This document shows positions 1-18,001 of a stretch of 64,000 nt of DNA, in pieces (within the stretch, counting starts at the first letter, position 1; each line of letters begins with the position of its first letter). Both the position numbers and the translations under genes were made by a program. Below the pieces are notes generated by a model that did no database searches, was not told the origin of the DNA, and saw nothing but the letters and a program-made list of their open reading frames with translations. Source of the DNA: Eledone cirrhosa (Eukaryota); contig OZ024741.1 in assembly GCA_964016885.1 (NCBI GenBank), positions 137,578,001 through 137,642,000 on the forward strand. Reading direction: 5' to 3'.

Positions 1-414
1 TTGTTGGCCTTGTACCTAAATCAGAAACCATCATTATTATATCTAGAGTTTCCTTTTGGTGAAGGCTCCTTTTCTCCAGATAAACACCACTGTATAGTTT
101 TTCGTTAGCGCAATAGCCCTAACACCATCCAACCTTCTGGCCAATAAAAGATATTATTAAGAATTACCGTTGCAATACTTTCAATAGTTTTGATGCAACA
201 GAATAATCCACAGTTTTTGTGAGGTTTTTCCTTCAATTTCCCTAACCTGTTATCCTCTTCCTAGTTGACTTTTCTTATAGCTTTAAGATTAATGTTAAAT
301 CTACTGTTGTCCCGCTATTGATGTTTCTTTTCCTTTGACGCGATGTAAACCCAATTGTTGTTTTTCGTCCTTGTTTTTGCCCCAACAACTTGGCCCATGA
401 CGCCAAAAAAAGAA

Positions 415-625
415 ATTATTGGATTCGCAGAATCGATAGAGCGTCGGACCAAATGCTTTGCAGCATAAAATTACGGCCCTTTATGTTCTCATTTCAAATC
501 CCACCGAGGTTAGCTTTGCCTTTCATCTTTAGGGGGTCGATAAAATAAAGCACAGTAAGCACTGGGGTCGTTTTAATTGACCTTCCCCTCCCCTTCAAAT
601 TGCTGGCCTTGTGCTTATAGTAGAA

Positions 626-668
<43 letters not shown>
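415..668 (+). mobile_element. tRNA-derived SINE with (ATT)n tail
   Basis: B-box-like TTCAAATCCC and core GCCTTTCATC..GGGGTCGATAAAATAAAG. 3' end GCTGGCCTTGTG..TAGAAATT is followed by (ATT)n at 627-668. The same family recurs more than 12 times in the window. Confidence 0.8.
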
Positions 669-671
<3 letters not shown>

Positions 672-677
672 ACATGT

Positions 678-872
678 GGGTGGGGGATTAACAGTATCAG
701 TAGAGTTACGTCCCTATACATTCTGAGTTCAAATCCCGTCGAGGTTAACTTTGCCTTTCATCCTTAACGGATTGATAAAATGAAGCACCAATAATGCACT
801 GGGGTCGATTTCATCGACTTTCTCCTTCCCTAAAATCGTTGACCTTGTGCCTAAATCAGAAACCATTATCAT
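678..872 (+). mobile_element. tRNA-derived SINE, adjacent to the previous copy
   Basis: GAGTTCAAATCCCG B box, same core, ends CAGAAACCATTATCATT. Confidence 0.75.
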
Positions 873-1664
873 TAACCACATGAGATTTCTATAGAAGGTG
901 GGTGTGTATGTGACAGAATTATCGAGGCTAAATCTGCTAGTGATCAAAGATCTGATTGTCTTTGGTGTTTGTCAATGTAATCCGAGGGTTTGTATGGTGT
1001 AACTCGAATCACTGTTTGGTTAACACTCCTCACTGTTGGGCAGAACTGTATTCCTGGTTCTTATTTTATCATTCTATTTCTCTTTTATTGTTCACTTGTG
1101 CCTGTGAACGTAGAATGTTTGAATGGTTAAGAGGATCGCCCCAGAATTATTAGGATCCATGTTCGATAACTTTAGGTGGCGTCTTGGGTGATTGCAATAT
1201 AACATAAATTTGAGTCGATCCATATTTTGTGATTAAAATTAAGTATACGGAAACTTATAAAACCCCACCGGATTATCTATAACGTAATCGTGAGCGGCCA
1301 GACTTGTCACGCCGGATATACCCAAGAAATAACTTAAGGGGGTCGTACCTGGTGAACGCTCAGCCACATATATTTTAATTATTTTTGCAAGCCGTTCAGG
1401 TGATTGAACAGCTGGAACATTCATCATGGAAACCGACAAAGGTCCATCAATGTTTTTACTCATTTTACTAAATGTGAAAACTTTCGCTGTTTCCTGTGTC
1501 TTCGTAATGGCGGTAGAAAATCGGGAAAATGGAGTGCTCTATAGGTTCCAGCTCTTTATGATCAAATGAACGGTTTTGTGTTTTATCTCTCCTAGGTCGA
1601 TTAGTTAAGTAATATAGTCGATGTAATCGATATTCACTTCCTTACAATTTGCTGCACTTGTCTC

Positions 1665-1858
1665 TAGCGTCAGACAACATGCTTTGTGACATATAGTTAC
1701 GACCCTTTGCGTTCTGAGTTCAAATACCACCGAGGTTACTTTTGCCTTTCATCCTTAAGGGATCAATAAAATAAAGTACCAGAATTGCACTGGATTCGAT
1801 TTAATCGACCTTCTCGTTCCTTTCAAATTACTAGCCCTGCTCCAAATATAGAAACAAT
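1665..1858 (+). mobile_element. tRNA-derived SINE
   Basis: TTCTGAGTTCAAATACC..GCCTTTCATCCTT..GATCAATAAAATAAAGTACCAG..AGAAACAATT. Confidence 0.75.
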
Positions 1859-1859
1859 T

Positions 1860-2090
1860 GATCCTGTAGCAGTGGAGAGTTCCAGCGTTCTTGACCCTCG
1901 GACCACATCTCTGTTCACTGCTATCGAAGCGGAGTTGGCTGCCCGTATGTGTGAGCCCCATCAGGTGGAGTGGCTGTTCCAACGAGTCTCCTTCACTGTC
2001 CTCTGGGGAAATGTCATCTTTAACTTGTAGGACGTGACCACGAGGCGGACGACCTTATAGAACAGAAGAAGGGTGGCAGTCAGACAAAAA
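1860..2090 (+). pseudogene. 3' fragment of a CRE-like (RLE-type) non-LTR retrotransposon
   Basis: Translates PVAVESS..WLFQRVSFTVLWGN, resembling the C-terminal P.A.E..G / WLFQRLS...RGNA signature of CRE-clade restriction-like endonucleases. Confidence 0.55.
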
Positions 2091-2417
2091 GGTTAATAAT
2101 TGTTTCTACTTTTGGCACAAGGCCAGCAATTATCCAGTGTATTACTGGTACTTTATTTTATCGACCCCGTAAGGATGAAAAGCAAAGTTAACCTCGGCGG
2201 GATTTGAACTCAGAATGGCAAATCACGCCGAGGTTAACTTTGCCTTTCATCCTTACGGGGTCGATAAAATAAAGTACCAGTAATACACTGTGTAATTGCT
2301 GGCCTTGTGCCAAAAGTAGAAAACAGTTATTAACCTTTTTGTCTGACGACTGCCACCCTTATTCTGTTCTATAAGGTCGTCCGCCTCGTGGTGACGTCCG
2401 ACAAGTTAAAGATGACA
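2012..2417. repeat. Fold-back inverted duplication containing two head-to-head SINE copies plus flank
   Basis: 2012-2205 is the near reverse complement of 2220-2417, with a ~14-nt spacer GAACTCAGAATGGC. Confidence 0.9.
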
Positions 2418-2649
2418 AAAAGATTAATAATGCTGACACACACACACACACACATATATATACACACGCACACACTATTCTTGTTATTACTATTTGATTT
2501 CTTATATAACCACCAGGTTTAGTATGTGTCTTTCTCCTTATTCTAATATATACCTGTGTATATATACTTGTAAGCTTATTGTATACGTATGTGTGTGCGT
2601 ACGTGTGTGTGTTAAACAACCCACACAATTCTCCTCTGTTTCCGTGCCA

Positions 2650-3460
<811 letters not shown>

Positions 3461-3650
3461 AAGGTGGTGGATTGACAGTATCGGTAGAGGGCCGGACGCC
3501 ATGCTTTGACGCATAGAGTTACGCCCTTGCCATTCTGAGTTCAAATCCCGCCGAGGTTAACTTTGCCTTTCATCCTTACGGGGTTGATAAAATAAAGTAC
3601 CAGTAATACACTGGGTGATTGCTGGCCTTGTGCCAAAAGTAGAAACAATT
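3461..3650 (+). mobile_element. Full-length tRNA-derived SINE inserted in (TA)n
   Basis: 5' AAGGTGGTGGATTGACAGTATCGGTAG (A-box-like), GAGTTCAAATCCC B box, core, and 3' GTAGAAACAATT. Confidence 0.85.
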
Positions 3651-3655
3651 ATATA

Positions 3656-3688
<33 letters not shown>

Positions 3689-3700
3689 ATTGTTTCTACT

Positions 3701-3769
<69 letters not shown>

Positions 3770-3970
3770 CTGATGTTAGCTAAGATGCTTCCATAGGCGG
3801 TATGCCGGTTGAGCACTCTATGCTCTTACAGAGCAGAGTATGATAGAATAGAAAAAGAAAAATCAGTGTTGCATCTGAACTCAATTTATTGTTTCGACAG
3901 CTCTATTCTATTCTCTCTCTCTCTCTCGCTCTCTCTCTCTATCTCCTTCTCTCTCTCTCTCTCTCTCTGC

Positions 3971-4021
<51 letters not shown>

Positions 4022-4119
4022 ATATATAATATATATATACAGTTTAAAAGAAGCCCGCATGGCTCAGTCTTTAATATATGGATTTTTTTCCAATGTCGTT
4101 GTCCAGTGTACCCCCTAAT

Positions 4120-4186
<67 letters not shown>

Positions 4187-4188
<2 letters not shown>

Positions 4189-4326
4189 AAAATGTATGAC
4201 CCCCGACGGCAGAGCTCAAGCCGTTTCGAAAGCTATTTCTGGACTCATTACCCACTCTACTACCCTAAGTATTGAGTACTCTGGTGCGTTATAGTCCACC
4301 TGGTTCCTTACCACAACTCCTTCATT
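4187..4326 (+). mobile_element. Short PLE-terminal-like element with a 5' inverted segment carrying the 3' half of a hammerhead
   Basis: Flanked by (TA)n. The minus strand of 4187-4247 reads GAAAC-GGC-loop-GCC-GTC. Homologous to 16599-16770 and 13655-13860. Confidence 0.55.
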
Positions 4327-4882
4327 ATATATATATATACATTTATATGTCATTTATGCATAGATATTTACAGACTCGCCTATACACATATTTCACCTCT
4401 TCTGTCCAGCTCTCCCTCTCAATATAAAATCTTTTATTTTATTTCTTCCTCCTTCATCTCTTTATTCTCTCTCTTTCTATCATTCTTTCCGTCTTTCCAG
4501 TCATCGCTCAAAACTTCGACCATCAACCACAACCACCACCAATACCCCCCTCTCTCACTCTCTTGCCCATTCACTTCTTTCTCCCTCACATCCTCTCTCT
4601 TTCATTATTCTCTCTCTGAATTCTTTTCATAAAGATATACTTCTGTATCACACACACATACACTCTCTCTCTTTCTCCCTCTCTCTCTTTCTCTTTCTCT
4701 CTTTCTCTCTTTCTCTCTCTCTCTCACTCCAGTTAAGACGTGCCACACAAGGTATACTATCAGCAAACTCTGTCTCACTCTATCATCCCATGTGAGGCTG
4801 CACTCAGTAGAAATTACACTCCTAAAATCCCCATTTACTTTTTTACTCTCTCCTCTCTCTCGCTCTCGCTCTCCCCCGGTTC

Positions 4883-4932
<50 letters not shown>

Positions 4933-4947
4933 CTCTCTCTCTCTCTC

Positions 4948-5007
<60 letters not shown>

Positions 5008-5099
5008 AATATATTTATATATATATACAGAGAAATATCACCATTAAAGCTTTCCAGCTGGGAAGACATTTTCCTTTCAACTTTCTACCTTATTCTTGC

Positions 5100-5177
5100 A
5101 GTTGGTTGCTGTTGCTGACACTGCTACTGCTGTTGCTGTTATTGCTGCTGTTACTGCTATTAATACTACTGCTGCTG

Positions 5178-5260
<83 letters not shown>

Positions 5261-5262
5261 GA
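5100..5262. repeat. (CTG/CTA)n trinucleotide microsatellite
   Basis: Direct inspection. Confidence 0.95.
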
Positions 5263-6941
5263 TGAGGAAGTTTATACTAGCACTTTCTGCAACTCTTGTT
5301 AACGTAGGTTATTCTTGTTATTGTTACAGTTCTAATTATAAAGAATATATGATGAAAAGTGTTCCACTTACCAAAATCTTGGGGACGATTCCATTCTATA
5401 ACTGCTGAGATTTATATGATCTTTCACATAAGTTGCGGGATCATTATATACTACAGGTAACATGATAAGGTCGTCAGTAGCTAAACCGGCAAAGCCATTG
5501 TAAGGCCTCATCCTAGTTTGTAGAAGGTAGATGGACACCATGATAGTACAAAAACAAACAACTATCTACAAGGGTATTTGAATTCAACAATATTTTAGTG
5601 ACTATCCATCAAACCTCTAGATGCAGTGGAGGTCCTCACATTAAGTCTTCTTAGTCTAGCTTAGCTGAATCTTAGCAATCCCTAGACCTGGTTGTCCCTT
5701 TCAAACGTCCTGGGCCTTACGTTACCTCTGACCAAGGGAGACCCAGGTGAGAGACGTGCGAGGAAAGCCCAACTTAGCGCAAATCAGTTTCTGTCTAGGA
5801 TTACTATCTTTTACATTTCCGTATTGTTATAAGTGTGTATATTATGGTGTTCGGATGTTTCAATGAGAAGTGACAACCAATCTGTGTGGAAGCTTGTCTG
5901 ATCGATATTACCTGTAATTTAGAGTATACAATATTGTTTTGTTGTTTTTTGCTGTGATTGATGTTGCAGTTATCTTCATATTATTGTTTAGGCATATAAC
6001 TATGTTCATTGGTGAATATTAGTAGGTGACTAAGCCAACCTCACCTCCATGCAGTGGCCCATGGGAAAACATTCGATATAGCGCCTTACTAACGAGGCGC
6101 TGAGCATGAAAACCATATGTTGATGAATGACGATGACATACATACATAAATGCATACAAACATAAATACATACATACACACACACATATATTTATGTCAT
6201 AACTATTCATCGCATTGTTGCCGATCAGTTATGACATTAAAAGAAGAATATTAGTATTCTTAAAATAACGTATCCTTGTCACGAGCCGGATATTCAGTTG
6301 ATCAAACGATTAAATGCTCATCGTCACAACAGATGGAGGAGCCACTATTTATGATTGTATTGATTACTTCTAATTCTTGCCAAGTTGAGTGACCTACGGT
6401 GATAGGATGGAAAACACATGCAGTACTGCCACGAGCAAGCTTTGAAGTCAAGATCCACACAACTGCATCGTCTTTATTTTAAAGAAAAACTTTGCTTGGA
6501 TGTTATTGTTAGAGTTATCTACCCTGGTTGTATTTTTTATTTAGATTTTAAATACCACTGAGGGTAGATTATATATAATAGTTGATTGGGTAATTTCAGT
6601 TAACCGATGTTCCAATAGCGATATTGCCTACCGCAAGTGTATTTAGCACGCAGAATCATACTCTGAAGTACTTAACCTCAGCCTAATCGTAAATATATAC
6701 CAGATATCTACTAGGGCCAGATTCAATGAACTATTTATCTTCCAAATAATCTCTAGTTTTCTGTTAAAATAAGAATACATATTCTACACTATGAGTTTAA
6801 ATTCCAACCAGGTTGGAATACCAGTTATATACTTACTTGTTGTGTAGTCCCAATAATCCATGATCGATTAGATCTATAATCAAAAGCCTTACAGTCGTGA
6901 TTATCCTTTGACATTTGTTTAGTGTATTCGGTCTGTTTTAA

Positions 6942-7169
6942 CCCTTTAACATTCACATTACTCTATACATAGTATTATGTTTTCATAATACTATGTATAG
7001 AGGCTTTACCTCGCATAATATCTCACATAATATCGAATCTATGAGATTTTGAAAGTATTTATTTTGAGAACAATATCTTAACATCAGTTTGAACGACCAG
7101 TTACAGCCAGTTTCAACAGAAAGGGGTAGAGAATTCTGGCCGGTTTTGACCGGTTTGAACATTAAAGGG
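6942..7169. mobile_element. piggyBac-type MITE
   Basis: TTAA|CCCTTTAACATTCA ... TGAACATTAAAGGG|TTGA. 14-bp TIRs match at 12/14, start with CCC, and sit at a TTAA-like target site. Confidence 0.6.
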
Positions 7170-7584
7170 TTGAATTGATTTCGTGCATTTGACGGGATTC
7201 GGTTGCTGTTGTTTCTTGCTGATTGAGTTGCCACATTCAGACGTCCTACTCAGCTTACATAATGCTAGAAATAGCACTAACATATAATGTTAGAGATAGC
7301 ATTAAATAAAGGTGTACAGTCATGGGAGATACGTCTTTGTAAATATATTGTTACTCTATCGTAATAAAAAGGGATACATTGTTATATAGATTAATGGACA
7401 AAGTGGTCGCGGATGGAACGCATTTGATGATATATATGTTAATTCTAGCATAATCAGGGTCCGCGTTGAGGCTTTTATTTCGTTATTACTTTACCAATCA
7501 ATCAATCAATCAATAAATCTATAAATTCTTCTATCGCTTTTAATCAATCATTCAATCACGCCAGATACTCTCTCATATACACAC

Positions 7585-7656
<72 letters not shown>

Positions 7657-7658
<2 letters not shown>

Positions 7659-7789
7659 GTTATTCCGGGTTGAATCGGAGGTAACCACAGTAAGTAAGGT
7701 ACTCAATACATAGCAGAGTATAAAAGTTTTAATATAGATGAGATTCTACAGGACTAGAACTGTTTCATTCATTAGAAATCATCAGGAAT
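7657..7789 (-). mobile_element. Short HHR-bearing PLE-terminal-like element between (TA)n tracts
   Basis: Homologous to 19848-19980 (CCGGGTTGA.TCGG..TAACCACAGTAAGTAAGGTACTCAATACA). Contains an HHR at 7743-7789. Confidence 0.65.
7743..7789 (-). ncRNA. Type I hammerhead ribozyme
   Basis: Minus strand: ATTC-CTGATGA-TTTCTAATGAAT-GAAAC-AG-ttctagtc-CT-GTA^GAAT. Stem I is ATTC/GAAT and stem III is ACAG/CTGT. Confidence 0.65.
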
Positions 7790-7810
7790 ATATATATATA
7801 TGTATGTATG

Positions 7811-7849
<39 letters not shown>

Positions 7850-7917
7850 TGTGTGTGTGTGTGCATTTATGTGTTTGTGTGTGTGTCATGTATACACATG
7901 CATGCACACATACATAC

Positions 7918-7987
<70 letters not shown>

Positions 7988-8155
7988 CTCTTATTCTTAC
8001 TCGGCTCATTAGTTTGAGACCATACTAGGGCAGCACCATCAAGAGACTCGATTTATTATTTTTTTCGTATTGATAACATTTTTTGGTGTAAAGGGAAGTA
8101 ACTCAAGACACCGATTTACACCGTTGCACATAAATACATGCACACATACACATTG

Positions 8156-8224
<69 letters not shown>

Positions 8225-8870
8225 ATTTATATATACATTCCGTTTGTATTGTAATTTTAAAAATCGTATCACAGCCGTCGCAAATGCAGAATTATTGACA
8301 AGCAAATAGGGAGGAGGCTGGGGGGGGGGGGGGGCTCTTCATGATACCTATCTGCTAGACATAGCAGCCAAGTCTCACTTGCTTTGAAAATAGAGAAGAA
8401 CATGAATGAGATGCTGATAGCTGGGACACATTTAGCCACAGGGCGACCGAACCAGGCTTGACCTGTAAATAAGCAACTACTCTTAACAACAATAACAACA
8501 ACGATAGTATGTATTTCTTGTAAGTCTTTAACTCTTTTGACACCGAACCATCAGATATAGAACTGTTTATTTTAAAGTGTTTATATTTATCTAAAATGCA
8601 TGCATCCTAATTTTATGTAAGAAACTGTTTTAAGTTATGTTCCAAATGCTAGATTGATAATTAAAAAATTAATCATATTATTAAATCTCTCCAAATATAT
8701 ATTATTTTCAAAATTATTTGAACATCATGGGCAGTGCCTTTCATTAGAAACATGGTAACGAAAGGGTTAAATGATATTGTTCTTGTTATTTTAGGAGATT
8801 CTATTGTTATTGTTGTTGCTGTTGTGATTTACGTGTCACTATGTACCTAATGCTGATATGTCAGTGGTAA

Positions 8871-11220
<2,350 letters not shown>

Positions 11221-11254
11221 TTTGTAGTGGTCATTTGACTATTATTTCTCGCAG

Positions 11255-11700
11255 ATCTAGTACCTATGGTCATGAATGTTGGGTAATGACTGAAAGAATA
11301 AGATCGTGAATTCAAGCGGCTGAAATGGGTTTCCTGCGAAGGGTGTTTGGAGTAAGGTTTCTCGATAGAGTGCTTAGCTCGGAGATCAGAGTGTCACTCC
11401 AGGTAGAGCCGCTACTTATCCGAATTGAAAGATCACAGCTCCGATACTATAGGCATGTGGTTAGAATGTCTCGGGAAAGAATCGCTGGACATATCTTATC
11501 GGTAAAACCAAACGGCAAGGGACCCAGGGGTAGACCTCAAACAAAATGGCTGGATAACATCCATGAGCTTGGCTGGTCACGCTTGGGGATCCGACCTGAT
11601 CAGTTGAAGAAGGTTGCTTCTGACAGGACCCGCTGGAGGGAGTTTTTTCGGACTCTACCCCTATGACCCTCACAGGAATTAAAGGATGAAGAAGAATGAG
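11255..11700 (+). pseudogene. 3' fragment of an RTE-clade LINE (Expander/Rex3-like)
   Basis: YGHECWVMTE..*IQAAEMGFLRR..RSQLRYY.HVVRM..GRPQTKWLDNI is the RTE C-terminal signature. There is an in-frame stop and a short GAA-rich tail. Confidence 0.8.
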
Positions 11701-11964
11701 AAGATCTAGTACCAACACCACAACCATCGTATCGACGTTTGACTTAGAAATATCGGCCAAATTTGTTCATAAAATAACACACCCATATGATATGTTTCTA
11801 GATTCGCTGTAGATATGAAACGGTCCTGGATATAATGCCTACTTGCATATGTCTGACAATGGGCTAAAAAGACCATCACATCAATGCAAAGATCACTCTG
11901 ACCCATATATTACGTCCACTTTTACATTATACCTCCTCCTTTTCTTCTTCAGTCCGGACCATCA

Positions 11965-12180
11965 TCAGTCCGGTGCTTATCCTGGTTTCCATGTCGTGAA
12001 GCGACCGAGATTACAAGACTCTTTACTGGACAGGACGACAGTACATCGCCGGTACTCTTTTTCAGCTGAGTATACAGGAGAAAGATGAAATGAAATGTTT
12101 TGCTCAAGAACACAACACATAACCCAGTCCAGTATTCGAGATCACGACATTCTGATCGCCACACCCTTACCACACACCTC
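11965..12180 (-). mobile_element. Degenerate tRNA-derived SINE of a second family
   Basis: Minus strand has a B-box-like CTCGAATACTGG and TGTGTTCTTGAGCAAAACATTTC. A similar decayed copy lies at ~33600-33870. Confidence 0.45.
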
Positions 12181-12566
12181 CACAGCAATAATACCACACC
12201 ACTCTTAACAACTATTACGATTCGAACTACCATCAAAACTACTTGCAGCTCGTTGTAGCATGCTGATGAGTTCTAATAGACAGAAACATGTCTAGATTTA
12301 CTTAAAAATAAATATGAGTATCCCCTCCGACAGCACCACGTTTACTCAGAGTTTGATTTTAAATATCTTGAAATTATCTCCCCTTTTCTTTTGGCGTCTC
12401 TAAAATTTAGCACAATCACCACAACAACCACCACCACAAACACCATTACAAGCACCACTACGACCAACACCGCAACCACAACCACAACAACCACAGCCAC
12501 ACCTACCCACCCCTACCCTTCACTATTGCAGCAGCTGCTTCCACTGCCACATGCAGGACTGCCACC

Positions 12567-12648
<82 letters not shown>

Positions 12649-13411
12649 ATGCTGCTGCTACTACCAGTTTTGATTCCACTGCAACATCAGCACTACCACT
12701 GCTGCAACAACAACACAGTGTTGCTGCTGTTCCTATTGCAGTAAAGGCAAGACTAACGACAACTGCTGTGTGCATCTCTAGAGTTATTTTTTTAAACTTC
12801 CGTACAACGAGGCAATGCAATCTATCATAACATCAGCAACGAGTGCAGAAGATGTGATGTCGTGGCAGTTATCCACTGGAAGTATTTATTCATGGCTTAT
12901 AAATACAATCACAATTTTACACACTTCATAAAAAAGAAAAAAACAAAACAAAACGAAAAAATGCAATTCCATGGATGATGCATGATGCATGGATGTATCT
13001 ATGTATGTATGTAAATAGGTATGCATGTATATATGTATTTATACATGCATGTATGTAGGTATGCAAGCGTGTGTGTGTGTATATATGTAGGTATGCATGC
13101 ATGTATATATGTATGTATTTATGTATGCATACATGAATGTATGTATGTATGTAAGTATGTATGTATGTATGTGAGCATATATCGTGTGAATACGTAAATA
13201 TATAATTATTTGAAATACATGTAGATATGAGTTTAATAATTTTGCTAAACCATATCTATACACCCTTTCCTTCTGTGTTTGTATGTATGTGTCTCTCTAT
13301 TGCATTGTTTCAGGTATGTTTAAAAGTAACTATGTAACTATAAGGCTATGGGATGTATTTATGGATCACACACACAAACACACACACGCACACACATATA
13401 TATATATACAT

Positions 13412-13454
<43 letters not shown>

Positions 13455-13598
13455 TGCATACGTTTATTTTCGTCAGTTTTCTAAAATATCACAATTCGTC
13501 TACGCATAGACATATTTTTTTAAAACTTGTTATAAATCGTTTTACATATGTGTGCATGCATGCTTGTATATAGCATTTGGTGCATCAATAAGTATGTC

Positions 13599-13635
<37 letters not shown>

Positions 13636-13654
13636 ATATATATATATGAAAAGA

Positions 13655-13734
13655 TTCAGGACCCCGACGGCTGAGCTCCGTCCGTTTCGACAGCTATAAT
13701 TATGTGCATGTCTGTATTGCAACTGTATAAATTG

Positions 13735-13790
<56 letters not shown>

Positions 13791-13860
13791 CGAAGGAAAT
13801 GTGGTAAGGAACCAAGTGGACCATAACGCACCAAAGTACTCAATACTTAGGGTAGTATAG
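13655..13860. mobile_element. Rearranged copy of the 4187/16599 short element, split by (TA)n
   Basis: GACCCCGACGGCTGAGCTC..CCGTTTCGAC at 13660-13692. The inverted 3' part GTGGTAAGGAACCA..GTACTCAATACTTAGGGTAG is at 13790-13858. Confidence 0.55.
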
Positions 13861-14509
13861 ATATACATACATATATATATATATATGTATATATATTGTC
13901 CGAGGCGTCTACACCCTGTTGTCTTTACAAAACAATGTTCAATTGATCACACATCACGCATCACTATAATCTATCTGTTAAGCATATTATAAATGGATTC
14001 ATAGTAATGTGTATAATAAGTGTTTAACGTTAGGTTAAAACTCACACACTAGTTCACTGTTCAAGGGTATTGGGCCCTTCATCAAGATATAGGCAACAAT
14101 GAGTTGTGCCTGTAATCCAGAGGGTCAGTCTTGTCACTGTTTGTGTCAGGCCAAATCTCTCTCAGAACTAAGCTTCTCTTATCCCCCTCCCAGAAGAGTT
14201 CGAGTGTATGAAGTCTCAGCCACGTGCATGATAATGTTACAAGCAACTTCTTCTGTTGATCAAACATATGGAACACTCACCGTCGAAATCTAGGGAGGTC
14301 TAACCCCACCAACCGCACACACAGACAGACATACATATAAGCAGTTTTTCGATGCTATGCAATATACACTGATTGTGTATCTATAGGGAAGTATATCGTA
14401 TAAAAAAATATATATTTATTTTGTGGGAGAAATTTATATCCGGAAATAACTGTCAGTATCCAATTTTTTCTCTGTGGAAAGGTGTCCCATCCCTGTATGA
14501 CAATTACCA

Positions 14510-14722
14510 GCCTATGGATTAACTGGAACAGATTGTTTAATGGTAGAGTTATTTCTTCCGGTTCCTTATATTCTGAGTTCAAATCCTGCCAAGGTCAACT
14601 TTCCTTTTCATCATTCCGAGATTAATAAAATAAAGTACCAGTCAACTACTAGGGTCGATGTAATCGACTTCCCGCACCTTTGAATCAATTGCTGGCCTTG
14701 TGTCTAAATTAGAAACCATTAA
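14510..14722 (+). mobile_element. tRNA-derived SINE (diverged)
   Basis: TTCTGAGTTCAAATCCTGCC..CCTTTTCATCATT..AAATAAAGTACCAG..GCTGGCCTTGTG..AGAAACCATT. Confidence 0.7.
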
Positions 14723-16156
14723 TTAATTATATTACCAATTTCAGTCTGGGGACATGCATATTTTATATTTATATATTTTTATTGTTTAGTCGAGGAAGGG
14801 AAATATTTATGAACATCCCAAAGCCTCCAGGGATGAGATCCTCAAGGAGGAATATTTCATGACACTTCTAATGCTACGATAGTAAACAACACATCACGAT
14901 ATCGTGTTATTCGCAGATAGGGTGTTTGCAAGAAAGTGTATTCCGTTAAAGGAATAAAATAAGTATGACTAAAAGAGTATAAGCTGCAAACCATTTTTTT
15001 TAAAGATTTTTACTACAGATCAACCCTCTTTAAGATTTTCATTACCGATATCTCCTTTTTATTTAAATAATTTTGTCCACGGGTTTTGCCTTACAATTAA
15101 TTCACGACCACAGACCTGCCAACCTCTAAAATCCCAAACGGTGAGTACCATGAAAATAAGAGCTCCAAAATGGGGAGAAATAAGGCAACATGGGGAGATT
15201 TTACATAACGAAAGCTAAACCTATTTTCACAAGAGAATACATCTCTCACCCACCCCAAACGTCGGACGAGGAGAATTAACAGGCCTGCGTCCAGATTGTT
15301 AAATGGTGAGAATAACAATCAAAATAGGGAGATGTTTATATTCAGAGGAGAATGGACATTCAATAGTGTGTATATAAAACATCTAACTCTTGCAATATGT
15401 AGTCACGTGGTAACATTAACATTCGCGAGTGTTTTGTTTACACATGTTACTGAGTTCATCTCCATGGATTATAAATATTTGCTTTCTATCTGTCAGCGTA
15501 AACAAAAAGGTCTTCAGTTCGGCCTCCAATTTTATACTTTATTTTACTCATCCACAGTAATTTTTCAAGGAGGCCAAGATGATTACCTGTTGCTGCTAGG
15601 GAGTTATTTATTTGGTACACACTTAGCTTGTTTCATATAAATGATTAAATTCAAGGAGTAGCTGTAAGAGTATAAAAGCTGTAAGAGTATAAAACCGCTT
15701 ATTTTGAGGGAAGGGAAATAACCTTCAACTAACTTAGTGTAGAAATATTAAAATTTTCAAGTGAAAGGTACAAATCCCTTTATACTCAGTCAAAGGTATG
15801 TAGCCCGAAACACCAGTTCTTTTCCAACACTCATGGTGTCCAAAGATTATAATTAATCAACAGTTAACTTCCCTCCAGCGTCACTATTAATTATTGCTGC
15901 TTACCTAAACATTTAGTTTTCTCGGATTTTCGGGTTTTTACTATTTATATAATTTAGACAACTAAAAGATATTTAGAACGAAAAGATATTTCCTACAGAG
16001 GTACCATGGATCCACTGTGGCTATGGTGGATATAGTCCCAAACTCCAAACATTTCAATGAAAGAAAAGTAATAGTCAGGTATTTGGCATCTCATATTTAC
16101 CTACCTATTATATATATAAGTATATATATAGATATGTATATATATATATATACATA

Positions 16157-16260
<104 letters not shown>

Positions 16261-16266
16261 TATATC

Positions 16267-16314
<48 letters not shown>

Positions 16315-16373
16315 GTATATATATATATACATGATATATATATATATATGATATATATATATATGATATATAT

Positions 16374-16425
<52 letters not shown>

Positions 16426-16431
16426 TATATC

Positions 16432-16464
<33 letters not shown>

Positions 16465-16470
16465 TATATC

Positions 16471-16501
<31 letters not shown>

Positions 16502-16540
16502 TATGTATATGTATATGTATATATATATATGATATATATA

Positions 16541-16869
<329 letters not shown>

Positions 16870-16881
16870 ATTATATATATA

Positions 16882-16946
<65 letters not shown>

Positions 16947-17264
16947 ATATATTATATATATATATATATATATATCGTGTATGCGCATATGCGCTCGTCT
17001 GTGTTTTATTTGTCCCTACCCGACCCCACAAAAACACCCGCCTTATGGAATTCTTACTTTAATCTAAATATACTCCTCCCGCCCCTCTCAATCCAGTTAT
17101 TTTTTTCTATTCTTGTAAGTTTTTCAGAGTGTCTTAATTCAGTACATCTCTAAGTTCATCTCCTCTAACTTCATGTATTTATTTCTATCCTTTCTTTTTT
17201 CTATCTCTCCATCCAATCTCTCTATACCAGCTTATCCATATCTATCTATCTATCTATATATCTA

Positions 17265-17750
<486 letters not shown>

Positions 17751-17762
17751 TATCTATCTGTA

Positions 17763-17802
<40 letters not shown>

Positions 17803-17805
<3 letters not shown>

Positions 17806-17934
17806 TTTTGTTATATTTTATTTTATTTTTATATATTGTTATTGCCTCCTCCTTATTGAGGACGCCTTGTTTTGTAAACGCCCCCCATTGTACTTGTCCC
17901 ACTTTTGATGCCCTGGTGGCAAATAAAAGAAACA
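17803..17934 (+). mobile_element. 3'UTR fragment of a Tx1-like LINE flanked by (TATC)n
   Basis: TGTAAAC..CCCATTGTACTTGTCCC..GCCCTGGTGGCAAATAAAAGAAAC matches the other Tx1 3' termini. (TATC)n lies on both sides. Confidence 0.65.

Positions 17935-18001
<67 letters not shown>

Noticed and set aside
12255-12300. HHR-like CTGATGA-GTTCTAATAGACA-GAAAC-AT-GTC
   Set aside because: The core words are present but stems I and II pair poorly. At best a decayed ribozyme, so it was not called.
14055-14095. Minus-strand TTGATGAAGGG..CCC-TTGAAC motif, and a possible TG..CA solo LTR at ~13897-14320
   Set aside because: The core is degenerate. There is no second LTR, PBS or clear TSD.
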